A DNA stretch of 64,000 bases from Octopus vulgaris. Taxonomy: Eukaryota. The DNA lies in NCBI GenBank assembly GCA_951406725.2, contig OX597815.1, positions 38,378,001 through 38,442,000 of the forward strand, given 5' to 3'. A program made the position numbers and the translations under genes. Position 1 is the stretch's first letter, and the number at the start of each line of letters is the position of its first letter. Shown piece by piece: positions 25,379-43,930 of this stretch. The notes below the pieces were generated by a model, which saw only the letters and a list, made by a program, of their open reading frames with translations, was not told the origin of the DNA and searched no databases.

Positions 25379-27678
25379 AGCTATATCTTCTTATCTACCA
25401 CTCCATTGTTACCATCATCATCTTCCCTTCATCGACATAATTATCATCATCAATATTATTCTTATTATTATCATCATCATCTTCTTTGCTCTCGGGAACA
25501 TCAATACCACCATCGTCATCATCGGAACAGTTTCTGCAAACTCACTAAATATAGCCATAAAATCTCAAAGCATGGTCATAGACAAAGGCATGATCGTCGT
25601 AAATCTATGATGATCATGTGTTCAAGTCTTCTACAGTGCAATCTCATGCTTCTGAGTTTGACTCTGTTGTGTGGTACCTCGAGTTAAGTCATATGTTTTA
25701 CCAACGTTTTGAGTTTGCTCCGTTCAAATTATTTTGCTTCATTCATTAAAACTTATCATTGAATTCCTAGTTTTCCTTGTAACTGAACTATGTTTATATT
25801 TCTAAGATAAGCTATTTTCTTTTTATGCATATCACTGTCCTTTTAAAGCTAAACTACGAACATGCTACAATAATACATTTTGGTACCTCCCTGTCTCCAT
25901 AGAAAAATACAATCTAACACAAATAAATAATGTTCTAGAAATATATAAGAAGATATTAAATTGAATGTTCTTTCTCATAAGAAAAAGCAAGCAAGATAGA
26001 AGAAGCCATTGATTTTAATATTTACAAATGCATGGATTCTTGTCAACGAAAGCAACCATTAAATGAAAAATAAGAATTTATTTCTGAAAACTATTATTCT
26101 GAAAACAAATACAAAACAAATGTAGCAAATACAATGCTGGTTAGTCAGATATTGTTTCTATAGATTTTTTTTAAAGGAAATATATTTCTTAGTGTAGATG
26201 TGTTTGGTATGAAACAAGAAAATCGGAATACATTAGAATCTCATCAAATATATATAATAATCTTGGCTTCATTTCTATTACATAAAGACCTGTTATCGCT
26301 AATATTTTGACGCAGGAAACACGTTAGTTCATTTAGCGAAAAACAAGTCAAATTTCGTAGCAGAATTGATTATTATCATTTGTTTCTGTTCTAAGAAGTG
26401 AACTACCTAAAGGAGAGATCAGCTACAGTGGGAATCTGAATTGATAAATACGGTCTAGATTCTTATTCTATTATTTGTCAGCATGAAGTATAATGTCTTC
26501 TGAAGACAGTCTTGCAGTACACGCATACCTGAAATTTCTGAAATGTTTACGATTAGTTACAAAGGCTTGATTTAATTGCCCATTACTGCAGCCTTGCAAT
26601 ATGTATCACCAGACAATTCTTTACATTCAGTATATTTAATTATTTAGGTTTTCTTGCCATTAGATTAGACTATAGAAAATTGGATACTATGTTAATGAAA
26701 CCTATGTATGGTTGTAAGAAAACCCATTACATTGCAAAAGTACTTTAACAGCTTCGTTTGCAATTGACGAGTTTTTCTTTGTTTTTTTTTGTTGTTGTCA
26801 TGCAAATCAATTTATATCCAATCAAATGAGATATATGATTATTTCTTTTGAAAACATCAAAAAGGATTTCAAAAGAAATAGGGTTACTATCACCAAAATA
26901 CCAGTTTCGCAGAACATTAGTATAATACCTGGAGTGGGGAGAGATACGATGGGTTATATTTGAATGGAATCTTCGCTTGTGAGTACATGTTAGTGTAATT
27001 GCAAATTTTTCTCATTTGGTACAGAAATATATGGCTGTAGAATTTACGGTGCTAGGTTTTGCGATGTTGGCTATTGTATTATTTCCCATATTATTTCTTC
27101 GGTATCTGCAATCATTTTAGGAAGATTACTTGAACAGAATTACTGTTTTGAGCAAATAACAGCACAATGCATACGTGACATCGCAAAATAATGTATCTCT
27201 AAACCCATCAATATATATATATATTATTTAGGTGGGTTTATAGACATTACACCGTCGTACAAAATCACCTATGTATTTTGCTTATTTTTGTATATCAATT
27301 TAGTCGAAACAGCAAATCTGCTTAAGTAATGCTTTTGAAATGACAAATACTAGTGAAGAAACCACAGACAATAATACAATATACTCTATCGAAAAATATA
27401 ACATTACATCTATCACACAGGAACCTTAACTTCATTTATGTATGTTCGTGATTGCATGTGCGTATTGTATAAATCTGTACGTATATGCTTTAGGAAGCTG
27501 GATACAAGGAAGTGTAGATGAATGAAAAGGACGAAAGTAACGATAATATGTTTAAGTTTTATTTCAGACACGAGGTTCGATATTTTATACGATGCTGGAA
27601 TATTTTCCTGTCTTCTATATAGTAAATATATCGGATATATTTTAAGTATATAATGACACTGAATGCATACATACATTC

Positions 27679-27743
<65 letters not shown>

Positions 27744-27867
27744 TATATATATATGTACATATATATGTACATATATTTGTATGCATATATATTTTTTCCA
27801 TATATATATATATATATATGGAAAAAATCACGGTAGAAAATGCTAGAATAATTATATAAGAAATATT

Positions 27868-27906
27868 TCAGTACCGGTTTCAGCCTTTGAGACTTTTTCA
27901 ACTGTA
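27868..27906 (-). ncRNA. Minimal hammerhead, U3-A8 variant
   Basis: Minus strand: cag-TTGAAAA-agtc tcaaa ggct-GAAA-ccgg-TA-ctg. Confidence 0.72.
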
Positions 27907-28104
27907 TGGAAAACAATTAAATTTTGGAAAAATTAAATGAAAAGTTTTTTTAAAAGAATATTTGCATAGTATTCAAATACAAGGGGCATTTTCCTTGTTT
28001 CTGCCTGTCTCTGTCTCTCTCGTTTACTCTTGTGGGTTCGAGGTCGTTGTGAATTCTTGGCAGAGAAGAAGAAGAAGAAGAAGAAGAAGAAGAAGAAGAA
28101 GAAG

Positions 28105-28136
<32 letters not shown>

Positions 28137-28269
28137 GGAGGAGGAGAAGAAGAAGAAGAAGAAGAAGAAGAAGAAGAAGAAGAAGAAGAAGAAGAAGAAG
28201 AAGGAGAAGAAGAAGAAGAAGATTTGATTATTTTGTCTGTGGCTATACTGCATGCGTTACTTATTTTCT

Positions 28270-29851
28270 CACTAAACAAAGTCCCTACTCCTAATGACAT
28301 CAAATTGAGACCTATAATAGCAGGTCCCGCATGCGAAACCCACTTCTCAGTAACTGCTTAGATACCCTCTTAAAACCATTCTTCAAGCATGTCAAAAGCT
28401 ACATAAGGAACGACCTGGATATGCTCAATCACCTTCTTGAAACAATAAACAGAAGCTCCCTACTAGTATCCTTCGATTTAGTCAACTTCTATTCCTATAT
28501 CCCCCAACAACCTAGGTATAAAAGCAATTCAGTTCTGGTTAGAGAATTACGTCAACGAAGTTCCACATCGCATCAGAAAAGAATTCGTGATAGAAGGGCT
28601 AAAATTCATCTTGGAGAATAACTACTTTGTCTTCAAAAAGACAACTTCTATCGACAAAAATCGGGGACTGCGATGGGTACGAGAATAGCCCCCTCCTTTG
28701 CTAACCTAGTCATGGGATATCTTGAAATTAGTCTTTATCGTAAGGTTGCAGAAACATACGGCAGCCCATTCTCCCTCTACATAGAAAATAACTGGAAGAC
28801 ATATCGGAATGACTGTTTCATTCTTTGGCATGAAAGTATAGAGAGACTTAAATAATTCCAAGCACTTATAAATGGACTTGACGTAAATATTCAATTCACG
28901 ATGGAATATACCCATCAACAACTCCCTTTCCTCGATATCCTCATTAAGAAATCTAATAACGCAATAGAAACAGATATATACTATACCCACGGAGTCCAAG
29001 CAATATCAATCGTTCAACTCATGCCACCCCAGACACACCAAAATGAATATCCCCTTCAACCTAGCAAAAAGAATATGTACTATAGTTTCTAATGCAAGCA
29101 CCAGAGACACACGACTACATGAACTAAAGGATACACTCATCACAAGGAACTACCCACCTACAACAATTGACATATGCTTTTAATGTGCCCTACAACTCAA
29201 CATCCACGAACTCAAACATCCCAAATTAAAGACGGATTTACAACCAAAAGCCCTACTATACATTTCTACACACAACCCTCTTCACAATGAAGCCTTCGAC
29301 ACCAGCCTACAAAACATTCCACTTCTAAAAAAGGACCACAGAATGAACTTCATCCTCCAAACACATGCCATCATAAAAAGCAAGAGACAGCCCAAATCTT
29401 TGAAAAGTCTCCTAACACGCTCCTAATACGCTCCTAACAGTCTCCTAATACGCTCACCAACACAGAAGCCGTCAGTAAAAAAATGCATAAGACACAACTG
29501 TGGGAAATGCGTCAATTTAATTGAGGGATCAGAGTTCTCCTTCAAACAAGGACAACGTTTCACAGTGAAAAGTAGCTTCACATGTGTTTCGGAGAACCTG
29601 ATATACGCACTAACCTGCTCTGGGTGTCAAGAGCAATACATAGGCCAAACAAAAAACGAATGGCACTGCACAAATCCCAGATCAAAATTCCCCCAAACAG
29701 AAAAATAGCATTCAGCCAATACACTGACGTTTGTGCCAATACCAAAAATCCAAGCTTCAGAATTTTTGTCCCCTCTATCAGTTCACGGAGGATACATGTA
29801 GCCCACGAATTAGTTGAGACTCTCTTTGTTACAAAATACAGACCCCTTTAG
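28270..29851 (+). pseudogene. Penelope RT/GIY-YIG polyprotein pseudogene
   Basis: Fragmented ORFs at 28331, 28673, 28901 and 29582, homologous to 10079-11328. Confidence 0.88.
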
Positions 29852-30283
29852 ATCGCATCTACAACAAACGACATATCTACTACGACCTTAGAATAACACA
29901 AACACACACACACAAATATTAAAAATGATACATTCAAGAGATTCACACGAATTCATTAAAAAGCAGTCTCAATCACTGCTATAATCCATAACGAATCAGT
30001 TTTACGTCACGTGGCCATTTAATATCCTACAACTATCATACCACCTGCATACTTTATTATTCTCTCTTCTCTTTCCCCTTCTTCTTCTTCGTCCTCTTCT
30101 TCCCCGCCACCTACTTCCTTACTTTACTATTATTGTTGTTTAGAATAACACCTACACAAATATTATAAACAATACATTCAAAAGAGATGTCTCAAGAATT
30201 CAATCACTACTATCACCAACAACAAGTCATTTAACATCCTACTACTATCATGGTACTCCCGCATTCTTCTTCTTCTTCTTCTT

Positions 30284-30406
<123 letters not shown>

Positions 30407-30582
30407 GTTGTTGTTATTATTATTATTAATAACAACAAGAATTCACAACGACCTCGAACCCACAAGAGTAAACAAGAGAGACAGAGATGTGCAGAAACAA
30501 CGAAAATGCCCCTTGTATTTGAATACTGTGCAAATATTCTTTGAAAAAAACTTTTCCCAAAATTTAATTGTGTTCCATACTT

Positions 30583-30620
30583 ACAGTTGAAAAAGTCTCA
30601 ATGAGTGAAACCGGTACTGA
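30583..30620 (+). ncRNA. Minimal hammerhead, U3-A8 variant (stem II partly decayed)
   Basis: cag-TTGAAAA-agtctcaatgagt-GAAA-ccgg-TA-ctg. Confidence 0.6.
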
Positions 30621-30721
30621 TATGTTCTTAATAAAATTATTTTAGCATTTTCTACCTTGACTTTTTTCCATATATATCAACTCGTGTGTTCCTTGTCAAC
30701 CTTCTACACGCACACACACAT

Positions 30722-30855
<134 letters not shown>

Positions 30856-31238
30856 TTGAGGGACAGATTTTCTGTTAGATATGTGTGAAACACTGGAGTG
30901 TAATCTAATTTTATTCATTTTATCATTGTTTGCATATATTTTCGGAAGAAGACCCGAATTACTTGTAGTTCATTCGAAACACTAAAGCTGCTAAATTAAT
31001 TGTCACCGTTTGAAGACATTCATAATCTTATTTCACGATGAAGTGTCGTATGTTTGCGTTGCAACCTCTTTCGTTGAAGACTGAGCTAATCAATACATGT
31101 CACTTCAAAAATCTAATAGATCAATACAGTAAAACTATAGATCAATACAGTAAAAAAAATACAACGCAACAAATCCGTCTGACAACACAGCCTATTAGGA
31201 AATCTAAAGCGCAAAATATAAAATATATTATAATAATA

Positions 31239-31661
31239 GGAAGATCCTAGAGGGACTTGTCCCAAACTTTGGCATCGAGAGTTACACAAATGCTAGAACT
31301 GGGCGCCACTGCATAGTGCTAAGGACTCCAAATATGCCATCAAGATGTAGGACAAGATACTGTGATAGCCTGGGCTTCAGAGGCCCACAGCTCTTCAATA
31401 TACCCCGGAAGAACCTGAGAGACCTGCATGGGGTGGATGCAGATGTCTTTAAAATAAAACTGGATCTCTTCCTGTCAGGTGTCCCAGATGAACCAACTTC
31501 ACGGCAGGAGGTGCAGATGAGGGCAGCTGCGTCGAACTCTCTCATGCACCAAATGGCAATTGCTAAAAAGCATCCGTGAAGTAAAATCATGTAGCAATAC
31601 CAAATGGCGGTGCCCCAGCATGGCCACAGATCGTGAGCTGAAACTAGATAAAATAAAAAAA
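31239..31661 (+). mobile_element. 3' end of a CR1-group-like LINE
   Basis: KILEGLVPN...GPQLFN..NLRDL...FKIKLDLFLSGVPDEP; short 3' UTR and A-rich tail. Confidence 0.7.
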
Positions 31662-32616
31662 GGATTTAAAAAAATAAAATACTAATTTTAGATAGATGAA
31701 CACATTGTCTAAAGTTTGTAAATGCGAGAATATAACATGAATTGTACCAACCATAAATTAACACAGTTAATAGATTACAAAACAATAAAATTAAAACAAT
31801 TTCATCAATAACAAATCATAAGCATGTACTATTTATATCACAAATCATAAGCGACTATTTACAGATTGACCAATACATTCGGTTGCGAACGTGAAAAATT
31901 TAAACTTCATGACATTGCGTTGTTTTGGTTTTTCAAATATGCGTGTCATAAGATAATCAGCATTAAAGAAGTTGTTTTCAGTTGTGGTGTTGACTTTGCT
32001 GGTTTATATTCATATTTATAATTTTTATAAATTATTCTTATTTTGCCTTTCGTAGTTGATCATTTCCTTCCTTTAATTGTAAAAACTGAATATTTTGAAA
32101 TTTCTATATGCTCACATGCCTAGATGCTCAATACAGAAAACATTCCTAAGAAATGGATCTGTGATTTTTCTCTCTTTTCTTTTAATTAAATTTTTTTTTA
32201 TATGTACACTATTCCCAAGTTTAATTCTGATCCTGTTCCGCTGATGTAGTTCTCATTGCATTGTAAACATGTAATGCAGTAAACGAGATTTTTTGCTTTG
32301 AAATTCATAAATTCATATTTGGATTAATCTTTAATTCCTTGACATTCTCGAATATTTTTGATTTTGCTCTGTCCAATTTTTCTATATAACCGATAATTTA
32401 TAAGTTAAGACAATTTGTCTTCAAATACTGTGACTGTCAAATATTTTACAACTTAAAAATGTGTGTGTATGCGGTGTGTGTGTGCGTGTGCGTGTTTATG
32501 CGTGTGTATACACATATATGATATATACGTATGCACTTATATACAGACATCGATATATACATAAATATACAATCATATATATATATATGTGTGTGTGTGT
32601 ACATATGCATGTATAT

Positions 32617-32686
<70 letters not shown>

Positions 32687-33489
32687 TCGTATGTATGTGT
32701 GTGTGTGTAGATATAGATATATACATATACGGCTGCATTCACGCAAACATACATACTTTTCCTATATATGTGTGTGCAGGCCTGTACGTATACTTTATGT
32801 TTCTATACCTAAACGCATATTGATGTATTTGTGTTTGTGGGACTATGTGGAGGGGAGAGGCAGACGCAGAGAGAAAGATAGAAACATAGATAATATAGAA
32901 ACATGAAAAGAGATGTAAAGGGAATAGAGATCAGGAGAGATACCAAATCAAAAGCTGAGTTTATTTAACACGCCAGTATTTTGTGCCAATAACATTACAA
33001 AGTATACGGCTGTTTGACAGAATTCCAATAACCACTAGAAAAAAAGAAAATCACGATGCAAACGAATGTCAATAAGAACGACATTTGTTTGTCGTTGAAA
33101 CTTATATCCTCGCTTGAAAAACAGCTGAGATCTGACAAACTGATTCATAACTTACTTTAAAATAGTGACTTATAAAAGCAAAGAGATAGCAGTCAGATAT
33201 ATTTGTAATTTTTAGCTATTTTGCATTCATTGACGGGATAGATTTGCTTGTTATCTTTTTTTTTTTTTTTTTTTGCATTCATTGATTACGGGATTGTTCT
33301 CACCACACATTAAACATACTGCTAGAATAATATGTAGAATAATAATGGTATGTTCGAATGCAGTTCCAACTTTCGACTGGATTTTTTCTCTTTTTAAATT
33401 AAAAGTACATGTGTTCAAGTTCAAGTTGAAATGGCATTGTGAAAAGTGTGATGTTATATTTTGTGGTGAAGATTAATGTATAGCCACAA

Positions 33490-34050
33490 ATATTTCGGAT
33501 CATGCCTATATGTGGCCAAATATCTGTTAAGTTTTTGGTCCCCCTGAGACTTCAGATAGAACTTGCTTTCTATATTGAGTCCACGCACAAGTTTTTTATC
33601 TCTTTATACTTTTTACTTATATTTCTTATATATTTTTATTTATATTTTTTATACATATATTTCTTACATATTTATAGAGATATTGGTTTTTAGGTTTATT
33701 GCTTATATATTTTTTACACATAATTTTTCTGTGTTCTAACTTCCACTCTGCTTTTTTCCCTATGCGTATATAGACGTGTATAGGGATTCTTTTTGTGCGC
33801 GCGTGTGTATGTGTGCGGGTATGTGCGTATATAGTTGTGTGCGTGTGTGCGTGCATGCGAGTATGTGCGTATATAGATGTGCTTTACTCAGTGTTTTTAC
33901 ACATTTTCCTGTACTTTTGCCTTTAACCCTGTTTTTTCTTTGTATAGACGTTTGTATGATCTTTTTTATGCGTGCGTGTGTGTGTGCATATATAGACGTG
34001 TGCGGGTATGAGCGTATATAGGCGTGTGTATGTGCGTGCATACTACGCGT
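33490..34050 (+). mobile_element. Second copy of the Naiad-like 3' end/UTR
   Basis: tttcggatcatg...ttttggtccc...atagaacttgctttctatattg matches 22441-22620. Confidence 0.7.
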
Positions 34051-34409
34051 ACACGTTATAAGACGCCAGTAGCCAGTCGTCACAGTCATGTGCAAAGAAA
34101 GCAGGATGATCTTGGCCAGCCATTAACTGCTCGAGCATTATCTTGCAAGGTATTTATAAATTAAAATTATACAAGTTTATTAAATTATTATGGCGTACAT
34201 CATATTTTCTTAAATGTAAATGAAATAAATGCCATAATATATCGTATCGTGGCACTACGTCGGTTATGTCAACGGAACATCCTGCACGTGAATTTAACGT
34301 GCAAGTGACTGAGCACTCCACAGACACGAGCACCCTTAATGTAGTTCGCTGGGAGATTCAGCGTAACGCAGAGTGTGACAAGGCTGATCCTTTGAAATAC
34401 AGGTACAAC

Positions 34410-38585
<4,176 letters not shown>

Positions 38586-38669
38586 TGGCCTCCTTAAAAT
38601 CCATTAAAACTCATCCACCACCGAAACCTGTAAACTCTCCTCTGACATCCACATCAATATCCAGGCACC

Positions 38670-39650
38670 GGTGGACTGAAAGCTAAGACCTATCATAGCT
38701 GGCATCTCCTGCGAAACACACCGCTTAAGCAATTTCCTGGACATTCTTTTGAAACCTTACCTCAGTGACATCAAAAGTTTCTTTAGAGATGATCTTGACA
38801 TGCACAAGCACCTCTCGAAAACAACAACGAAGAGGCATACTTGGTTTCCTTTGCTGTTATCAACCTCTATACCAATATCTCACATGAATATGATATTGAA
38901 GCAATTGATTTATGACTGGAGAAACACTCAGAAGCATTTCCTAACTTCATTAGTAAGACCTTCATTATGGAATCATTCAAGTTCATTCTGACAAACAATT
39001 ACTTCCTGTTCGAAAATACATACTACCGTCAAAACTGTGGTATCGCAATTAGTACCAAAGCTGCATCAGTCCTTGCCAACCTCATTATGGGCTTCTTCGA
39101 ACAATCACTCTATTGGATATCACGCCAGAAATTTAAACACCTTTTCCACATCTAGTTAATGGAAAACTGGAAAAGATACCTAGATTATTGTTTCATCATA
39201 TGGAAAGAATCTTATGAAAAACTTCTGGAATTCGAAACCACACTTAGCAACATACATCCCAACATTCAATTCACTATGGAATTCAGCAAACATCATCTCC
39301 CTTTTCTTGATCGCCTAATTATAAAAACAACCAAACCACAACCGACATCTACCACAAACCTACAGACTCACAATAATACCTCCTCTTCAGTTTATGCCAC
39401 CCAAAACACACCAAGATAAATATCCCCTTCAACTTAGCTAAAAGTATTTGCACCATTGTCTCTGACACAACCACACGAGAAATACGCCTTCAAGACCTCA
39501 AAACAAACACACTATTACAACGCCAATATCCCTCCACACTCATAGACTAAGGAAAAAAACGTGCCAAGGAACTCGACAAGAACATACTGAAAACCATCCA
39601 ACACAGTAACACACCCAACCTCAAAATACTTCCATACATTTCCACCCACA
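38670..39650 (+). pseudogene. Neptune-like Penelope RT fragment
   Basis: LRPIIAGISCETHRLSNFLDILLKPYL, YRQNCGIA, NWKRYLDYCF, LPFLD. Confidence 0.85.
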
Positions 39651-39882
39651 TTATAATTTTTTTCCGCTTCCTCATCTTCAAAATTTTTCCCCCTTCCTCA
39701 TCCTGAAAATTTGCCTGGCCATGAGGGCCGGTTTGATTTCCTTTCTTAATCATTCTTACACCCATTTAAATTAAAATTTGCTTTCAGTTTAGCCTTCTGC
39801 CTTATTATTATTATTTTTCCTTTCCTATATTTTCTCCACCTGCGGTTAACACAACCCCAGCATTTACTGACTTATAAATGTA

Positions 39883-40021
<139 letters not shown>

Positions 40022-40689
40022 AACTAAGATAACATAAAATATATATATATATATATAGGTATATTTATATATATACACATATATGTATATATATATATAT
40101 ATAGGTATATGTAAATAATCACAGATATAAGCGCACCGATATATATATATCTATATATCTGTGTGCTTACGTCTGTGACTATTTACATAATGTCTTTATG
40201 TGTGCATGTTGATAACATGTTAATGTTCTTCAAATAACGCCAACATCTTTCAAAATCAACAGGGCATGAAATTTCAACTAAAGTCCTCGTATTTGATTTC
40301 TTAACCTTATTTTTTCTACTTTTTGTTTTCTGTGTACTATCCATTATATTTATTTGCTTGTTTTATTTATTTATCTCCTTTCACCATATCTATTTATTCT
40401 CCTTTCACCATACGTTTCATTCATTTAAATTAATACTGGCATGTTCCACTTAACTTTCTTTATGAAATAGATCTATATTTGAAGACAATTTCTTTAATAA
40501 AACTATCTTATTTACTTTTATATTTTTCTGATGCTTTTTAGTGGTTCTTTGGCTTTATTGTATTTATCTACTACGTTTTTCTTTGAATTCCTATTGATCT
40601 ATAAGCATTACTTCCTGAAGCAAACCATGTATGGCATCCTGCCGAATATATCTATCGCCTGTGGGATATATATATATATATATATGTAT

Positions 40690-41070
40690 GTGGAGGCGCA
40701 ATGGCCCAGTGGTTAGGGCAGCGGACTCGCGGTCATAGGATCGCGGTTTCGATTCCCAGACCGGGCATTGCGAGTGTTTATTGACCGAAAACACCTAAAA
40801 TTTCCACGAGACTCCGGCAGGGGATGGTGGTGATCCCTGCTGTACTCTTTCTCCACAACTTTCTCTCACTCTTACTTCCTGTTTCTGTAGTACCTGTATT
40901 TCAAGGGGCCGGCCTTGTCACTCTCTGTGTCACGCTGAATATCCCCGAGAACTACGTTAAGGGTACACGTGTCTGTGGAGTGCTCAGCCACTTACACGTT
41001 AATTTCACGAGCAGGCTGTTCCGTTGATTCGGATCAACCGGAACCCTCATCGTCGTAACCGACGGAGTGC
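40690..41070 (+). mobile_element. SINE family C, full length
   Basis: A box tggcccagtgg, B box gtttcgattcc; followed by (ATCC)/(ATCT)/(ATGT) tail. Confidence 0.88.
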
Positions 41071-41090
41071 ATCCATCCATCCATCCATCC

Positions 41091-41130
<40 letters not shown>

Positions 41131-41167
41131 ATGTATGTATGTATGTATGTATGTATGTATTGCGGTG

Positions 41168-42075
41168 TAAAATGCAGTCGCATGGAGGTTTATATTCTTA
41201 TGATATAACACTTTGAAAAGAACAAGACAAGCATATCTATACTTAAAATATCGCAACTGTAGTCGAAGTATATTCTGATTTAAAAACTAAAAATAATAGC
41301 TTCTATTAGCTATTCTATAAAGAAAAAAACCTCAAACAATAAATTCAACTTTATTAAACTTTCATAATTGTTAGCAAAGAATAAAATAAATTTCGACAGC
41401 CCCATTCAAAATGATTTTTTTCACTTACATATTTTTAAGAAGTACTAAAACTTCTAAAGTAGTATTCAACTGAAATCCCCTTTTTTTCTCATCTTTTTGA
41501 TAAAAATTGGTACACTATAAGTTATTGATAAAGATACCAAAAGACTGGTCTTCTGGAAATTTCAAAAAACCAGAAAGTTCACTTGATACCTTTATGGTAA
41601 GTTTGAGGCTTAGGGGAGGGTAAAGCGATATTTTCCGGAGAGACGGGTATTCTTCCTAATTAAAATTTTGCTTCGGTAGGTAGTATACCATATAAGAAAA
41701 ATCTTGGCGAGGTGCTACATAGCCCATATGGTATGAAATGTCGTGGGAGGTAAGTACCTCAATATACCTACTCCGTACAGATATGGCAGTATTCAAAAAC
41801 TTCCAAAAAACATCTTGAATGGGGCTATTGAAAAATGTTATTCTTTGCTAACAGTCAGCCTAAATTTATTGAGTTAATTTTTTAAATTATAGAGCAGCTA
41901 ATAAAAGCTATTGTTTTTAGTTTTTTAATCTAAATATATTTTTAAATCATAAATATAGCTGCAATATTTTATGTATAAATATGCTTGTCGTGTACTTTTC
42001 TAGATTATAATAATTGGTCAGGTACTTTTCCAGCTTTAATAACTTAAAAACATCAACCTGCATGTGACTCCATTT
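41168..42075. mobile_element. Fold-back/MITE-like element with ~250-bp diverged inverted arms
   Basis: 41168-41420 is an inverted match to 41805-42075 (e.g. tgttagcaaagaataa / ttattctttgctaaca). Confidence 0.65.
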
Positions 42076-43519
42076 TTTTTTTGTAATCCACTTTTCTTCA
42101 GGCAATGAAATTTAATAGTGACAAGTAATCATCTATAATTAAAATTTTTTTTTTAATTTTTATTTAATACTTTTTTAAATAGGTTTTTCAATTATTTTTC
42201 ATGTTTAATAATTGAATTAAAATAAGAATAAGTATAAATCAAAATAACTGAAAGCTGAATTGTAAGAGCACTTTAGTTACACTGGCTTATGATAAAATCG
42301 AAAATTGTAATTAAGATTAGAAAATAAGCGAATGCATCCACCCCGCGGCACGTGGAGCCATGCTCTCGTGGAGTACCCACCAACTTTGTAGAGAAAATTA
42401 TTAGAATAAATTAACAGAAATACATTTATTCTAGAAAGTTGGTGGGTATTTACAACTTGATGTTGGACTGTAGTGTTAGATTGCCAACATATTCAATGAG
42501 TTGTAAATAACGGTTAGTTTGTTAGATCATGATAAAAAATGGTAATAAACATAAAATCAGTGACTGGTATATCTGAAATTGTTTTTCATTGTAGTAGTCA
42601 AACATCGCAAGTTGTGCAGGAAACGCTAAATATTGATTGAAACAACCTAAATGCAAGGTATAAACAATCAATATATTGGTCAAGCAAACACTCATTCAAA
42701 CTAGAAAGTTAATTACTAATCAGAGTGATAATTATAAGTTTAATTAAATATTTAATCATTAATTAGTAACTAAAAGAAGCAAAAACAAATGCACCTAATT
42801 GATTCAAATCATCTGTGCATTTTTTTCATATATTTGTAGCATTTAAAGTGTCTCTAAATAGGCTTTTCTCTCATAGCAGCAAAGAAAAGGAGAGAAGAAA
42901 TTTTACTGTGATGCAAGGGAAACAACGGCGTATATTTTATATATAATAGTTTATATAGTTTATATAATTTTTTAAAAAATCAAACGTCACTTATTTTTTA
43001 TCACTTTTTACCTCATACCTTTTTTCCTACAAAATTTTATTGCATAAAATTAGAATTTTTAGATTCCTCACGTTATGATTTATCATTTGAGATTAAATAA
43101 AATATAGATTACTTTTAAATCAAGAAAGTGTTTTGGATTCCAAATCGATTGGAGGCGTTACTCCTTTCTTTTTTTTCTTTTTTTTTTCTACTTTTGGCTT
43201 CACAACTTCCTTACACTAAAAATAAATTCTCTTGAAAAATTGACATTTTTAGATTCCTCTCGTTTTGTTTTATCATTTAAGCTTAAATAAAATATATTTT
43301 GCTTTTAAAATAACAAGTTTACTTTCATTCAAAATCGATTTTGTGGACTTCACATATTTTAACGTAACTTTTTTTCCCACTGAAACCAAATTTCAATATT
43401 TTATTGCCAAAATATAGCTGGGGAGGGAACTATTACATAACAGTTGACAGTTTTGAATTGGGTTGAGAAATGAGTTAGTGACAAAGATTTGAAGAGGCTG
43501 CGAATGAGTGGTTGAATAA

Positions 43520-43930
43520 TATTCTGTAAATAATAATTATATGCTTTAAGCATATAAGCGTTCACTTTGTATTGGCTATATAATATAGTCTCATATTGGG
43601 TACCCCCACCTCAAAAGGAAAAAATAGGATATTAGTACGCATGGGAATCGAACCTATGCCTCTTATTGTTGCGATACAGTTTCTGACCGATTACACTAAT
43701 TTGCCCAATAATTTCTGTCATTTCATAGTGATGTGTAAACAAGAGTGCGTATTCTGCGTTAAATTAAGAAACGGTGCCGAGAGAAAATTCTGTAAATAAA
43801 AAATATAAGCTTCAAACTTATAAGCGTTTACGGTGTATTGTCTCTAGAAAATTGTCAAATATTGGGGCATATAAATTCCCGACAGAAATAAATGAGCATT
43901 TGAACGCGTAGCAATCAAACCCACACTTCT
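43520..43930 (-). repeat. ~267-bp tandem unit containing a tRNA-like segment (43632-43707)
   Basis: attctgtaaataa repeated at ~43521 and ~43787; minus-strand tagtgtaatcgg A-box-like and ggttcgattccc B box. Confidence 0.45.
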
